This document shows, piece by piece, positions 26,281 to 34,549 of a DNA stretch of 60,783 nucleotides (position 1 is the stretch's first letter; every line of letters begins with the position of its first letter). Position numbers and translations under genes: made by a program. The notes beneath the pieces are model-generated. The model saw only the letters and a program-made list of their open reading frames with translations, was not told the origin of the DNA and ran no database searches. The DNA comes from a virus (Duplodnaviria; Caudoviricetes): positions 1 through 60,783 of IMG/VR virus record IMGVR_UViG_3300042922_000610, one strand, 5' to 3'.

Positions 26281-26810
26281 CCCGCCCAGCCAACGATAAC
26301 CGCCAAGCGCAATTCCTAGCCGCCGACGTCGCCAACCTGGCGGCCGAGATTGACGCGCTTTTTGCTGCCTATCCCGACCTTCAAGAGGACTCCGAACTCC
26401 GCGCCGACATGCTGGAGGGCGAAACAAATTTGCATGCCGTGCTTGAGAGGCTTCTGTCTATGGAGCGAGAAGCGGTAAGCATGGCTGCCGCCGTGAAGAC
26501 GCGCATTGACGAACTGACTGCCCGCCGGCAACGCGCGGAGCGGAAAAAGGACGCGATGCGGTCGCTAATGTTACGCCTACTAAAAAGCGCCGATCTGCAG
26601 AAAGTGCCGCTCACCGAGGCTACGGTCAGTGTGACGAAGGGCCGGCAGTCGGTCGAGATCGTCGACGAGGCGCGATTGCCTAAGAAGGTACTGAAGATCG
26701 TCACCACGCCTGACAAAACGGCGATAAAAGCGCTGCTGGACGCCGGCAAGAAGGTGCCTGGGGCGCAGTTGAAGGCGGGCGACGATACGATCTCGGTGCG
26801 CGCCGCATGA
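26277..26810 (+). CDS. Siphovirus Gp157-like protein
   Basis: Coiled coil; PDKTAIKALL.AG..VPGA.L. Confidence 0.85.
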   Translation: MTRPANDNRQAQFLAADVANLAAEIDALFAAYPDLQEDSELRADMLEGETNLHAVLERLLSMEREAVSMAAAVKTRIDELTARRQRAERKKDAMRSLMLRLLKSADLQKVPLTEATVSVTKGRQSVEIVDEARLPKKVLKIVTTPDKTAIKALLDAGKKVPGAQLKAGDDTISVRAA

Positions 26811-27001
26811 GCATCACCGATTGCGACCACGTCTGCGCCCGGTGCGGAGAGCACATGACGGTATGCTTCCTGTGTGCTGACCAGCCTTCTGCCGTAGTTC
26901 GCATTGGCAGCCCGCAACAGAGAAGAGAAGACGACGCCGAGATTGCCGCGCAGGAGCGCGCAATACGGCGTGCCGCAGCCCGTCGGCAAGGTTGGCTCTA
27001 A
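26807..27001 (+). CDS. Small Zn-finger protein
   Basis: CARC..CFLC. Confidence 0.6.
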   Translation: MSITDCDHVCARCGEHMTVCFLCADQPSAVVRIGSPQQRREDDAEIAAQERAIRRAAARRQGWL

Positions 27002-27098
27002 CCGCCCCACTGCCGCGCCCTAGCGCGCAGTCAACCACCAACACCACCCGCGCGCCACCAACGCGCGGGACACCACACCTAGAGGAGACAACAGCCCC

Positions 27099-28421
27099 AT
27101 GGGCAACAATGGCATCACACAGATGCACGACGGGAGAGTCGTGCTCCATCAGGCAGACTGCCGCGACGTTCTGCGCGGCATCGCCGACAATTCGATCGAC
27201 TCGGTGGTCACGGATCCACCCTACGCGCTCGTTTCCATCCAGAAGCGTTTCGGTAAGCCGGGTTCAGCCCCGGCCAAAGACGTTTATGGACGTGGCGCCG
27301 CCGGGTTCATGGGCAAGCAGTGGGATACCGGCGAAGTCGCATTCAACGAGGAATTCTGGGCCGAAGTGCTGCGCGTGCTCAAGCCTGGCGGGCATGTCGT
27401 CGCGTTCTCCGGCACGCGGACCTATCACCGCATGGCGGTGGCGATCGAGGATGCCGGCTTCGAAATCCGCGACCAGTTGGGCTGGGTGTATGGTTCTGGG
27501 TTTCCGAAGTCGCACAACCAGCACGGCGACTGGGAAGGGTGGGGAACAGCGCTGAAGCCCGCGTGGGAGCCTATCGCGCTGGCGCGCAAGCCGCTCGACG
27601 GGACGGTTGCGGCCAATCTCGCAGAGTGGGGCGTGGGCGCGATCAATGTTGATGGGTGCCGGGTCGGTGATGAGGTAGTCGGCTGGGGCGGTGGCGCTGC
27701 TGGCGGCAACACATGGAACGATGAGAACTGCGGCCTCGCCAAGGGCGGCGAGGCGCGCCCGGTAGTCGGCCGCTGGCCCGCCAACATCGTCCACGACGGC
27801 AGCGACGAGGTGCTGGCGGCGTTTCCTGACACCAAGAGCGGCAGCCGTAAGGCGGGCGAGTACGGGCTGATGGGATACCACGGCGCGGACGCTGCACCCA
27901 TGCCAGCGATTGATGGCGACTCCGGTTCTGCAGCCCGCTTCTTCTATTGCGCCAAGGCCAGCCGTGCTGATCGGGATGCTGGGCTAGACCACCTGCCGAA
28001 GAAAGCTGGCGGCATGGTGTCGAACACCAGTGGCCAGCACATCACTCGCCGCGATGAGGGCTATGAGCCGACGCCCCGCGCCAACACCCACCCCACCGTC
28101 AAGCCAACCAGCCTCATGCAGTGGCTCTGCCGCCTCATCACGCCTCCCGGCGGCGTCATTCTGGATCCATTCATGGGCTCTGGCTCGACGGGCAAGGCCG
28201 CTGTGCTGGAGGGTTTCCAGTTTATCGGCTGCGAGCGCGAGGACGAATACATGCCGATCGCCACGGCGCGCATTGCGTGGGCAATCGGTGCGGTCAGCCA
28301 GGACGAGCCAGAACAGCGGCCCGTTGCAGCGGTAGCGCAACCAGCCGCCGCTCCTGCTGCGGCGAACGACAATCAACCCGCAGACTTGTTCTCGGCCGCT
28401 CCGCTGGCAGGTGCCGCATGA
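27099..28421 (+). CDS. Orphan amino (m6A/m4C) DNA methyltransferase, beta class
   Basis: DPPY before HPTVKP and DPFMGSGST. Confidence 0.93.
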   Translation: MGNNGITQMHDGRVVLHQADCRDVLRGIADNSIDSVVTDPPYALVSIQKRFGKPGSAPAKDVYGRGAAGFMGKQWDTGEVAFNEEFWAEVLRVLKPGGHVVAFSGTRTYHRMAVAIEDAGFEIRDQLGWVYGSGFPKSHNQHGDWEGWGTALKPAWEPIALARKPLDGTVAANLAEWGVGAINVDGCRVGDEVVGWGGGAAGGNTWNDENCGLAKGGEARPVVGRWPANIVHDGSDEVLAAFPDTKSGSRKAGEYGLMGYHGADAAPMPAIDGDSGSAARFFYCAKASRADRDAGLDHLPKKAGGMVSNTSGQHITRRDEGYEPTPRANTHPTVKPTSLMQWLCRLITPPGGVILDPFMGSGSTGKAAVLEGFQFIGCEREDEYMPIATARIAWAIGAVSQDEPEQRPVAAVAQPAAAPAAANDNQPADLFSAAPLAGAA

Positions 28422-28765
28422 TCTTCACCAAAACATCACTACCCGACGGCACGCCATCCATCTGTGCCTGTTGCGGTCGCCACTCTGTCGGAATCGGCCT
28501 CGGCAAAGCCCCCGGTGACGAGCGCTACCTCTGCGGCGAGTGCATCCTGCTCATCGAGCAAATCAAGTCGGTGCGGCGCTGGGACATCTACGAGATGCAG
28601 GCGCGCAAGGGCGGCATGGATGCCGCAGCTGGCCTGGTGGAGGAGTTCGGCTCTGACCTTGGCGAGTGGAGTGAGGAGCAGGTTTTAATCTTCGTTGGCA
28701 CTGTATGGCGTGGATGTGTGGATCGGTTGCATGAGTTGTTGAGATCTGGGGAGGCGCCGTTTTGA
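28418..28765 (+). CDS. Zn-binding hypothetical protein (DUF6511-like)
   Basis: CACC..CGEC..DL..WS..F. Confidence 0.7.
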   Translation: MIFTKTSLPDGTPSICACCGRHSVGIGLGKAPGDERYLCGECILLIEQIKSVRRWDIYEMQARKGGMDAAAGLVEEFGSDLGEWSEEQVLIFVGTVWRGCVDRLHELLRSGEAPF

Positions 28766-28971
28766 TGAATCTGAAAATCAGCAATACCGCGCCAGAGCAC
28801 TGGCACGACGCCATCGAAGTGGCTCAAAAATTCAGCGCCGACTACCCGGAACGCAACGGGTTCTATGCCGGCGTCGCATTCCTCGACCTTAGCGGCAAGA
28901 GGCCGCCTTTCTATGCGTATCGCACAAAGACGTCGATCGTCGTTCGCGGTGATTTGGAGGGTGCGCAATGA
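28762..28971 (+). CDS. Hypothetical protein
   Basis: Coupled junctions. Confidence 0.6.
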   Translation: MMNLKISNTAPEHWHDAIEVAQKFSADYPERNGFYAGVAFLDLSGKRPPFYAYRTKTSIVVRGDLEGAQ

Positions 28972-30524
28972 ACCACGCAAACGACAACCTGCCGATTGCT
29001 CACGCAACCGGACTCACGTTCCTCTCCGTATGCTCAGGCATCGAAGCCGCATCGGTCGCCTGGCACCCGCTCGGCTGGCGTGCCGTGGCCTATTCGGAAA
29101 TCGAGAAGTTCCCGTCGGCCGTGCTTGCTCACCATTACCCCGACGTGCCGAACCTCGGCGACTTCACCAAGATCGACGTGCGCACGCTCCAGCGCGTTGA
29201 CATCCTCGCTGGCGGCACGCCTTGCCAGGCATTCAGCGTGGCCGGCCTTCGGCAGTCCCTCGCCGACGAGCGCGGCAACCTTTCACTCGAATTCGTGAGG
29301 CTTGCGCATGAGCTTGCAGCTAACAATGGACTTCGGAATGTCGTCTGGGAAAACGTCGTCGGCGTCCTCAGCACCAAAGACAACGCCTTCGGCTGCTTCC
29401 TCGCAGGACTTGTGGGCGCAGATTCCGCCATCGACCCGCCGTCAAGACGCGGGTGGGCTCGTCACGGTATGGTCGCTGGACCTAAAGGACGGGCCGCGTG
29501 GGCTGTCAAGGATGGGCAATTTTTCGGAGTGGCCCAACGACGCCGCCGTGTCATCGTTGTCGCAGATTTTGGAAACGGGGCAGATCCCGCCTCGGTTCTT
29601 TTTGAGCCGGACGGCGTGTTCAGGGATTCTCCGCCGAGCCGAGAAGCGGGGAAAGACGTTGCCCCCACAATTAGCGCACGCACTAAGGGCGGTGGCGGAC
29701 TCGGAACCGACTTCGATCTAGATGGCGGGTTGGTTGAGTACGCGATTCAGGCGGGCGCCTTGCGGACCAATCCGGCGAGCGGGCCTGATGGTGTTGGCGT
29801 GCAGGAGCGCATTGCCTACACGCTTGAGGCGCGTTCGGAGGTGCAGGCTGTCTACGCCCCCGAAATAGCGCGTTGCGTCGCAACGCGCGAAGGTTCTTCG
29901 CAGGACTATGAGTCGACCACGATGGTGGCGGTCGGCGTCCACGGCGACGTAGCGCACACTCTCAAAGCAGAAGGTGCCGACGCGAGCGAGGACGGGACGG
30001 GACGAGGGACGCCTGTTATCGCGTTCTCCGCCAAAGACTATGGCGCAGATGCGTCGGTCGACTTAGCGCCGACCTTGCGTAGTGGCAACCACAGCGAAAG
30101 TCATGCGAATGGCGGTGTGATGCCCGCGATTGCGTTTAATTGGTATGCGTCTGCCTCGCAGAGCTTGCCGGTTGAAAGCTTCTTGCCGCCGTTGAAGACG
30201 ACCATGCAGCCAGCAGTTCTGACTTCCGCCGTCCGCCGTCTCACACCCATGGAATGCGAGCGCCTGCAGGGTTTTTGGGACAACTACACCCGCATTCCGA
30301 TCAGACGATACAAGGCGAAGAAAGTCACGCGCACGCGTCCGGAAGATATGTGGGAATGCATCGACGGGCAATGGTGGCTCATGGCTGCCGACGGCCCACG
30401 CTACAAAGCACTCGGCAATAGCTGGGCCGTGCCGAAGTTCGCGTGGCTCGGCAAGCGCATACAGGCGCTGATGCCTGTTGCGCGGGAAGCCGCAAACGAC
30501 AACACCACCGAGGAGACCGCGTAA
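28968..30524 (+). CDS. Orphan C5 cytosine DNA methyltransferase
   Basis: CSGIEA, GGTPCQ, WENV, QRRRR, RRLTP.ECERLQGF, RYKALGNS. Confidence 0.95.
   Translation: MNHANDNLPIAHATGLTFLSVCSGIEAASVAWHPLGWRAVAYSEIEKFPSAVLAHHYPDVPNLGDFTKIDVRTLQRVDILAGGTPCQAFSVAGLRQSLADERGNLSLEFVRLAHELAANNGLRNVVWENVVGVLSTKDNAFGCFLAGLVGADSAIDPPSRRGWARHGMVAGPKGRAAWAVKDGQFFGVAQRRRRVIVVADFGNGADPASVLFEPDGVFRDSPPSREAGKDVAPTISARTKGGGGLGTDFDLDGGLVEYAIQAGALRTNPASGPDGVGVQERIAYTLEARSEVQAVYAPEIARCVATREGSSQDYESTTMVAVGVHGDVAHTLKAEGADASEDGTGRGTPVIAFSAKDYGADASVDLAPTLRSGNHSESHANGGVMPAIAFNWYASASQSLPVESFLPPLKTTMQPAVLTSAVRRLTPMECERLQGFWDNYTRIPIRRYKAKKVTRTRPEDMWECIDGQWWLMAADGPRYKALGNSWAVPKFAWLGKRIQALMPVAREAANDNTTEETA
29308..29721 (+). CDS. 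Alternative-frame ORF nested in the C5 MTase (resembles M.EcoHK31I beta peptide)
   Basis: SEWPNDA..SLSQILET..FFLS..C.GILRRAEKRGK.LP..L; GAGG upstream. Confidence 0.55.
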   Translation: MSLQLTMDFGMSSGKTSSASSAPKTTPSAASSQDLWAQIPPSTRRQDAGGLVTVWSLDLKDGPRGLSRMGNFSEWPNDAAVSSLSQILETGQIPPRFFLSRTACSGILRRAEKRGKTLPPQLAHALRAVADSEPTSI

Positions 30525-30838
30525 TGGAGTGGCAAGCAAGGCGACGCAAGACCTACGACGAGCGCTACCCGAAGGAGAGGCCTTGGCACTGGTGGTTTGC
30601 TTGGCGCCCAGTCACCGTTTACCGTCGCACGTTTTGGCTGTGCTGGGTGCCTCGCCGCTTTGTGCGGTATACCATATGGGGCAGTCCGACGTATAAGGCG
30701 GAATACGCCTACCCAGAGCATTCCATCTGCGGAAACGTGCTTGGCGAGGCCAAGGGTCGGAAGCATGGGCCGAACAAGGGCTATCCGGAAGGGTCGCCAA
30801 TCCGCACATTGAATAAGAGCAAAGTCTCCCATGCGTGA
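30524..30838 (+). CDS. Trp/Arg-rich hypothetical protein
   Basis: WHWWFAWRPV; TAATG junction. Confidence 0.65.
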   Translation: MEWQARRRKTYDERYPKERPWHWWFAWRPVTVYRRTFWLCWVPRRFVRYTIWGSPTYKAEYAYPEHSICGNVLGEAKGRKHGPNKGYPEGSPIRTLNKSKVSHA

Positions 30839-30990
30839 AGCAAGGCGTTCACCCATGGCGGTATCTCGCGATCACCAGCCTTCCACCGACGTACGGTACG
30901 CGCGTCCACTCCTGAGTGGCGCGCTAATGCCGTTTGCCAGCGCGGGCCAAACAACGCGAAGGCGCGCTTCTCTAGTTCGGAGGGGGTCAC
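30781..30990 (-). CDS. Small HTH regulator
   Basis: WQTALARHSGVDARTVRRW..G...IP. Confidence 0.8.
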   Translation of the reverse strand: MTPSELEKRAFALFGPRWQTALARHSGVDARTVRRWKAGDREIPPWVNALLHAWETLLLFNVRIGDPSG

Positions 30991-31229
30991 AGCGCAGCCA
31001 CGTAGACGTCAACGACCCGCACCTCGGCACCAGTGTCGCGATTGATCAGCACGCGCCCGACCTTGCGGCGTTCTCCGACGGCGTAATTGTCGGCCTGACC
31101 GCGCGTTGCAGTCTGGTAGCTGCGGGACGTGCCATCAGCGAACAGCGTCACGACTTCGAACTTCTTCGGCATTGCCTGCATGCGGGCGATGAGTGCGGCG
31201 GAAGCTGCGGAAAGGTTGTTGGCGTTCAT
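30987..31229 (-). CDS. Hypothetical protein
   Basis: AGAGGAGAC RBS; GTGA coupling to HTH gene. Confidence 0.7.
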   Translation of the reverse strand: MNANNLSAASAALIARMQAMPKKFEVVTLFADGTSRSYQTATRGQADNYAVGERRKVGRVLINRDTGAEVRVVDVYVAAL

Positions 31230-31259
31230 GCTCGTCTCCTCTGTGGCGTTGGTAAGTGC

Positions 31260-31288
31260 ACATTAGGACCATTGGCCCTATCTGTCAA
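31260..31288 (-). promoter_or_regulatory. Leftward promoter with palindromic operator in spacer
   Basis: TTGACA-17-TAATGT; TAGGACCATTGGCCCTA imperfect palindrome. Confidence 0.75.
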
Positions 31289-31305
31289 TAGGAGTTTTTC
31301 ACATA

Positions 31306-33522
31306 ATGCAGCCGCTTGAACTAGCTCTTTCCTACACCGCCCAAGGATGGCCCGTATTTCCCTGCCGTGCGGCCGCCAGCGAATACGTCGACGCGCACAC
31401 TGGCGAAATCATCACCATGGGTGAGAAGACGCCGCTAACGAGCAATGGCTTCAAGGCCGCGACCCGATTCCAACGCATCATCGAAAGATGGTGGTCGGAC
31501 TGGCCAGACGCAGCCGTCGGTCTGCCAACCGGATCATCGACAGGCTTCTTCGCTCTCGACATCGACAACAAGCCAGGCGGAGCCAACGGTTTCGACTGGC
31601 TTTCCGATATGGAGGCGGAGCATGGCCCGTTGCCCGAGACGGCACGAGTAACCAGTCCGAACGGCGGTCTGCACATCTACTTCAAATACGTAGTGGGTAC
31701 TCGCAACCGCGGCGCTCTTGGCGCTGGCGTGGATATTCGCTCCGAGGGCGGCTATGTGCTGGCTGCCGGCAGCACGATGCACGACGGTCGCTCTTATAAG
31801 TGGGTAGGCGACACTCGCGAAATCGCCGATGCGCCGCCATGGCTGCTGGACCTACTGCTGCCGAAGTCGGCGCCTGTCCGCACGTCGCACCAGCTCACGG
31901 CCGTAACAAACAACGCCTACGTCGACGCGGCTGTCGATCGGGAGTTGGCCGAGCTCGCATCGGAGCCCATGGGCAATCGCAACAACGCCCTAAATGATGC
32001 CGCCTTTTCGCTGGGCACGTTCGTCGGCGCGGGCGCATTGCCGGAGGCAGAGGCGCGTGCCTTGCTGCAAGACGTAGCGCGCGGCTGGGGCAGGGATTGG
32101 TCGCGGTGCTGCAAGACCATCGAGAACGGCCTTAAGGCTGGCATGCAAAACCCGCGACAGATACCCGAACCGCAAATGCCGGCGCAGGACAACACGCGGC
32201 TGGTGGATATCACGCGGATGATCGCCAACGGGCTGGCGAAGGGGCGCAATTCTATACAGGAAGATGCATCAACAGCGCGCTTTGATGCAGAGGACTATAT
32301 CAGTGAGGACGTGCCGCCCACTTCGGCCACAGAGGCCGAGCCAGCAAACGACAACCAGCCAGGCCCGCCCACAACCGCCATCACCGCCACCGCGTTCAAG
32401 TGGATCGACCCCAAGACCCTGCCGCGGCGCGAGTTCGCTTACGGCAATCACCTGATCCGTAAATACGTTTCGGTAACGGTCAGTCCTGGCGGCCTTGGCA
32501 AGACCAGCCTCAGTCTTGCCGAATCGTTGGCGATGTCATCCGGCAAAGCGCTGCTCGGCATCAAGCCGCCGCAACGGCTCAAGGTCTGGGTGTTCAACGC
32601 AGAGGATCCTCGCGACGAAATGGAGCGCCGCATCATGGCTGCGTGCATCCATTACAATCTCACGCCGAAGGACATCGAAGGCCATATCTTCTTGGACAGC
32701 GGCCGCGAGCAAGAGCTCGTCGTGGCTGTCGACGACAAGAAGGCCGGCGTTCGCATCCAGCAGCCGATTGTTGAGGCGGTCGTCGAGCAGATCGAGCGGC
32801 ATGGCATCGACGTCATGATCGTCGACCCGTTCGTGTCAACGCACGGCGTGAACGAAAACGACAACGGCGCGATCGACAAGGTGGCGAAGCTATGGGCGCA
32901 GATCGCAGACCATACCAACTGCGCCATCGACATCGTGCACCACCTGCGCAAGGTGGCAGACCGCGAGGCAACCGTCGAGGACGCTCGAGGCGCCGTATCG
33001 CTGATCGGCGCGGCTCGGTCGGTGCGTGTGCTCAACCGAATGTCTGAGGACCAGGCCAGCGAGGCTGGAGTGTCGCGTGAGGAGCGTTTCGGCTACTTCT
33101 CTGTCACGTACGGCAAGTCCAACCTCACGCCTCTGTCTTCGCGGCTGGATTGGCGCCATCTCGTCAGCGTGCCTTTGGGCAATGGGCGCGGGCTCACCAA
33201 GCCGCAGGACTTCGCGCCTGTGGTGGCGGAGTGGCGGTGGCCGTCGGCGGAGGAAGTAGCCAACGAACTCACCGCAGAGCAAGTGGCGCACATCCGCTCG
33301 CTGGTTGATAACGGCCAGTACAAGGAATCGCCGCGCGCGAAGAACTGGGTAGGCGGTGCGGTGGCGTATGCGCTGGCGCTCGACCTTGAGGATGAGAGCA
33401 ACAGGCGCCGCGCAACCACGATCGTAAAGGCTCTGATGAAGGAGGGCACGCTTGTGAAGGTCGAAGAGCACGACCCTGTGCGGCGGGAAATGGGGACGTT
33501 TATTCGCTCGGCTGCGGCGTAA
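31306..33522 (+). CDS. Bifunctional primase-polymerase fused to RepA-like (AAA_25) helicase
   Basis: GWPVFPC, ALDID, GGLHIYF, DIRSEGGYV, GNRNNALN, GGLGKT, IVDPF, VHH.RK. Confidence 0.93.
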   Translation: MQPLELALSYTAQGWPVFPCRAAASEYVDAHTGEIITMGEKTPLTSNGFKAATRFQRIIERWWSDWPDAAVGLPTGSSTGFFALDIDNKPGGANGFDWLSDMEAEHGPLPETARVTSPNGGLHIYFKYVVGTRNRGALGAGVDIRSEGGYVLAAGSTMHDGRSYKWVGDTREIADAPPWLLDLLLPKSAPVRTSHQLTAVTNNAYVDAAVDRELAELASEPMGNRNNALNDAAFSLGTFVGAGALPEAEARALLQDVARGWGRDWSRCCKTIENGLKAGMQNPRQIPEPQMPAQDNTRLVDITRMIANGLAKGRNSIQEDASTARFDAEDYISEDVPPTSATEAEPANDNQPGPPTTAITATAFKWIDPKTLPRREFAYGNHLIRKYVSVTVSPGGLGKTSLSLAESLAMSSGKALLGIKPPQRLKVWVFNAEDPRDEMERRIMAACIHYNLTPKDIEGHIFLDSGREQELVVAVDDKKAGVRIQQPIVEAVVEQIERHGIDVMIVDPFVSTHGVNENDNGAIDKVAKLWAQIADHTNCAIDIVHHLRKVADREATVEDARGAVSLIGAARSVRVLNRMSEDQASEAGVSREERFGYFSVTYGKSNLTPLSSRLDWRHLVSVPLGNGRGLTKPQDFAPVVAEWRWPSAEEVANELTAEQVAHIRSLVDNGQYKESPRAKNWVGGAVAYALALDLEDESNRRRATTIVKALMKEGTLVKVEEHDPVRREMGTFIRSAAA

Positions 33523-33745
33523 AAATACAACCTGCGCCGCTCAGAAAATACAACCTAAGATAATGCACGGTAATAGCTGCACAGTAGCGTAAAAATCGCC
33601 CCTTTATCCGGGCAAACACGCTCTGCTCATTTGCACAGTAATACACCTTGTTACTGTGCATGATGAGCGTGCGGCGCACAGTTGGCCCAGTAGTCTAACT
33701 GTGCAACTGGGCACCTGAATCGGCCACCAACCGATACAACCTGAA
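33522..33745. repeat. Putative replication origin with two iteron families
   Basis: ATACAACCT x3; GCAC(A/G)GT in direct and inverted orientation x6; directly after primase-helicase. Confidence 0.55.
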
Positions 33746-33765
33746 ACCACCACACAGGAGACACC

Positions 33766-34290
33766 ATGGCCCGCCAAGTACAAACCACCCGCATGAACGG
33801 CAAGCGCGTCCGCATCGTCACGACAACCAGCAAGGACGGCGGAACGAAGGTGACCGTGAAGGCGGCGCCGCTCGAGGAATGGATTCTGCAGGCTGCCGGG
33901 GTCCGCGCCCTGAAGGCCATGCCGGAATATGCGGCCAGCGCTGAGAAGGTTGCGGCAAACGATAACGCGGCTCGCCACAGCTTTACAATCGCTGGCGACA
34001 TGAATGGCGACTATCGCAGCAAGCGAGCGGCAGTGAAGGCGCAAGCCACCGGCATTGCGGCTGGCGATCCAGATTTGCGCGTGTATCTGCCTGGCGGCGT
34101 TCTTCGCCTCATCGAGTACAAGAATGCGGAAGGCACGCTTACGACAAGCCAGAAGATCCGCCACCCGCTCCTTGCCTCGCTTGGCCATCCTGTCGTCACG
34201 CTCAAGGTTGCGACGGAGGAAGAGGCGGCAGAGCGTACGGTAGGTTTGGTTCGAGGCTGGCTGGCCGAGGTCGATGCACTTGCGGCTTGA
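33766..34290 (+). CDS. VRR-NUC-like endonuclease
   Basis: G..AG.PDL..IEYK...G.L..SQ. Confidence 0.8.
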   Translation: MARQVQTTRMNGKRVRIVTTTSKDGGTKVTVKAAPLEEWILQAAGVRALKAMPEYAASAEKVAANDNAARHSFTIAGDMNGDYRSKRAAVKAQATGIAAGDPDLRVYLPGGVLRLIEYKNAEGTLTTSQKIRHPLLASLGHPVVTLKVATEEEAAERTVGLVRGWLAEVDALAA

Positions 34291-34315
34291 CAAATTTGTA
34301 GAAATACGGTATATT
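34287..34315 (+). promoter_or_regulatory. Promoter with ACAAATTTGT palindrome
   Basis: TTGACA-17-TATATT. Confidence 0.75.
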
Positions 34316-34372
34316 ATAGTGTTGCGGTCACCTGCCGCAACATTTTCACCACAGGAAGAGGAGACATGGCGT

Positions 34373-34549
34373 ATGGAGACCTACTACATCGTCATCGATG
34401 AAGAACTGGATGAAGTAGTGGCGATGAATTGGCACGTTGAGCTCTACGGAAGAAAATCCGACGCCAGGAGCCGGGTGAAAGAGGTACTGGACAGAATCTC
34501 TAAGAAGTGCGGCGGAATGGAGCTTAGAAACGATGGGGAGCCTGCATGA
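34373..34549 (+). CDS. Small hypothetical protein
   Basis: RBS; ATGA coupling. Confidence 0.5.
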   Translation: METYYIVIDEELDEVVAMNWHVELYGRKSDARSRVKEVLDRISKKCGGMELRNDGEPA

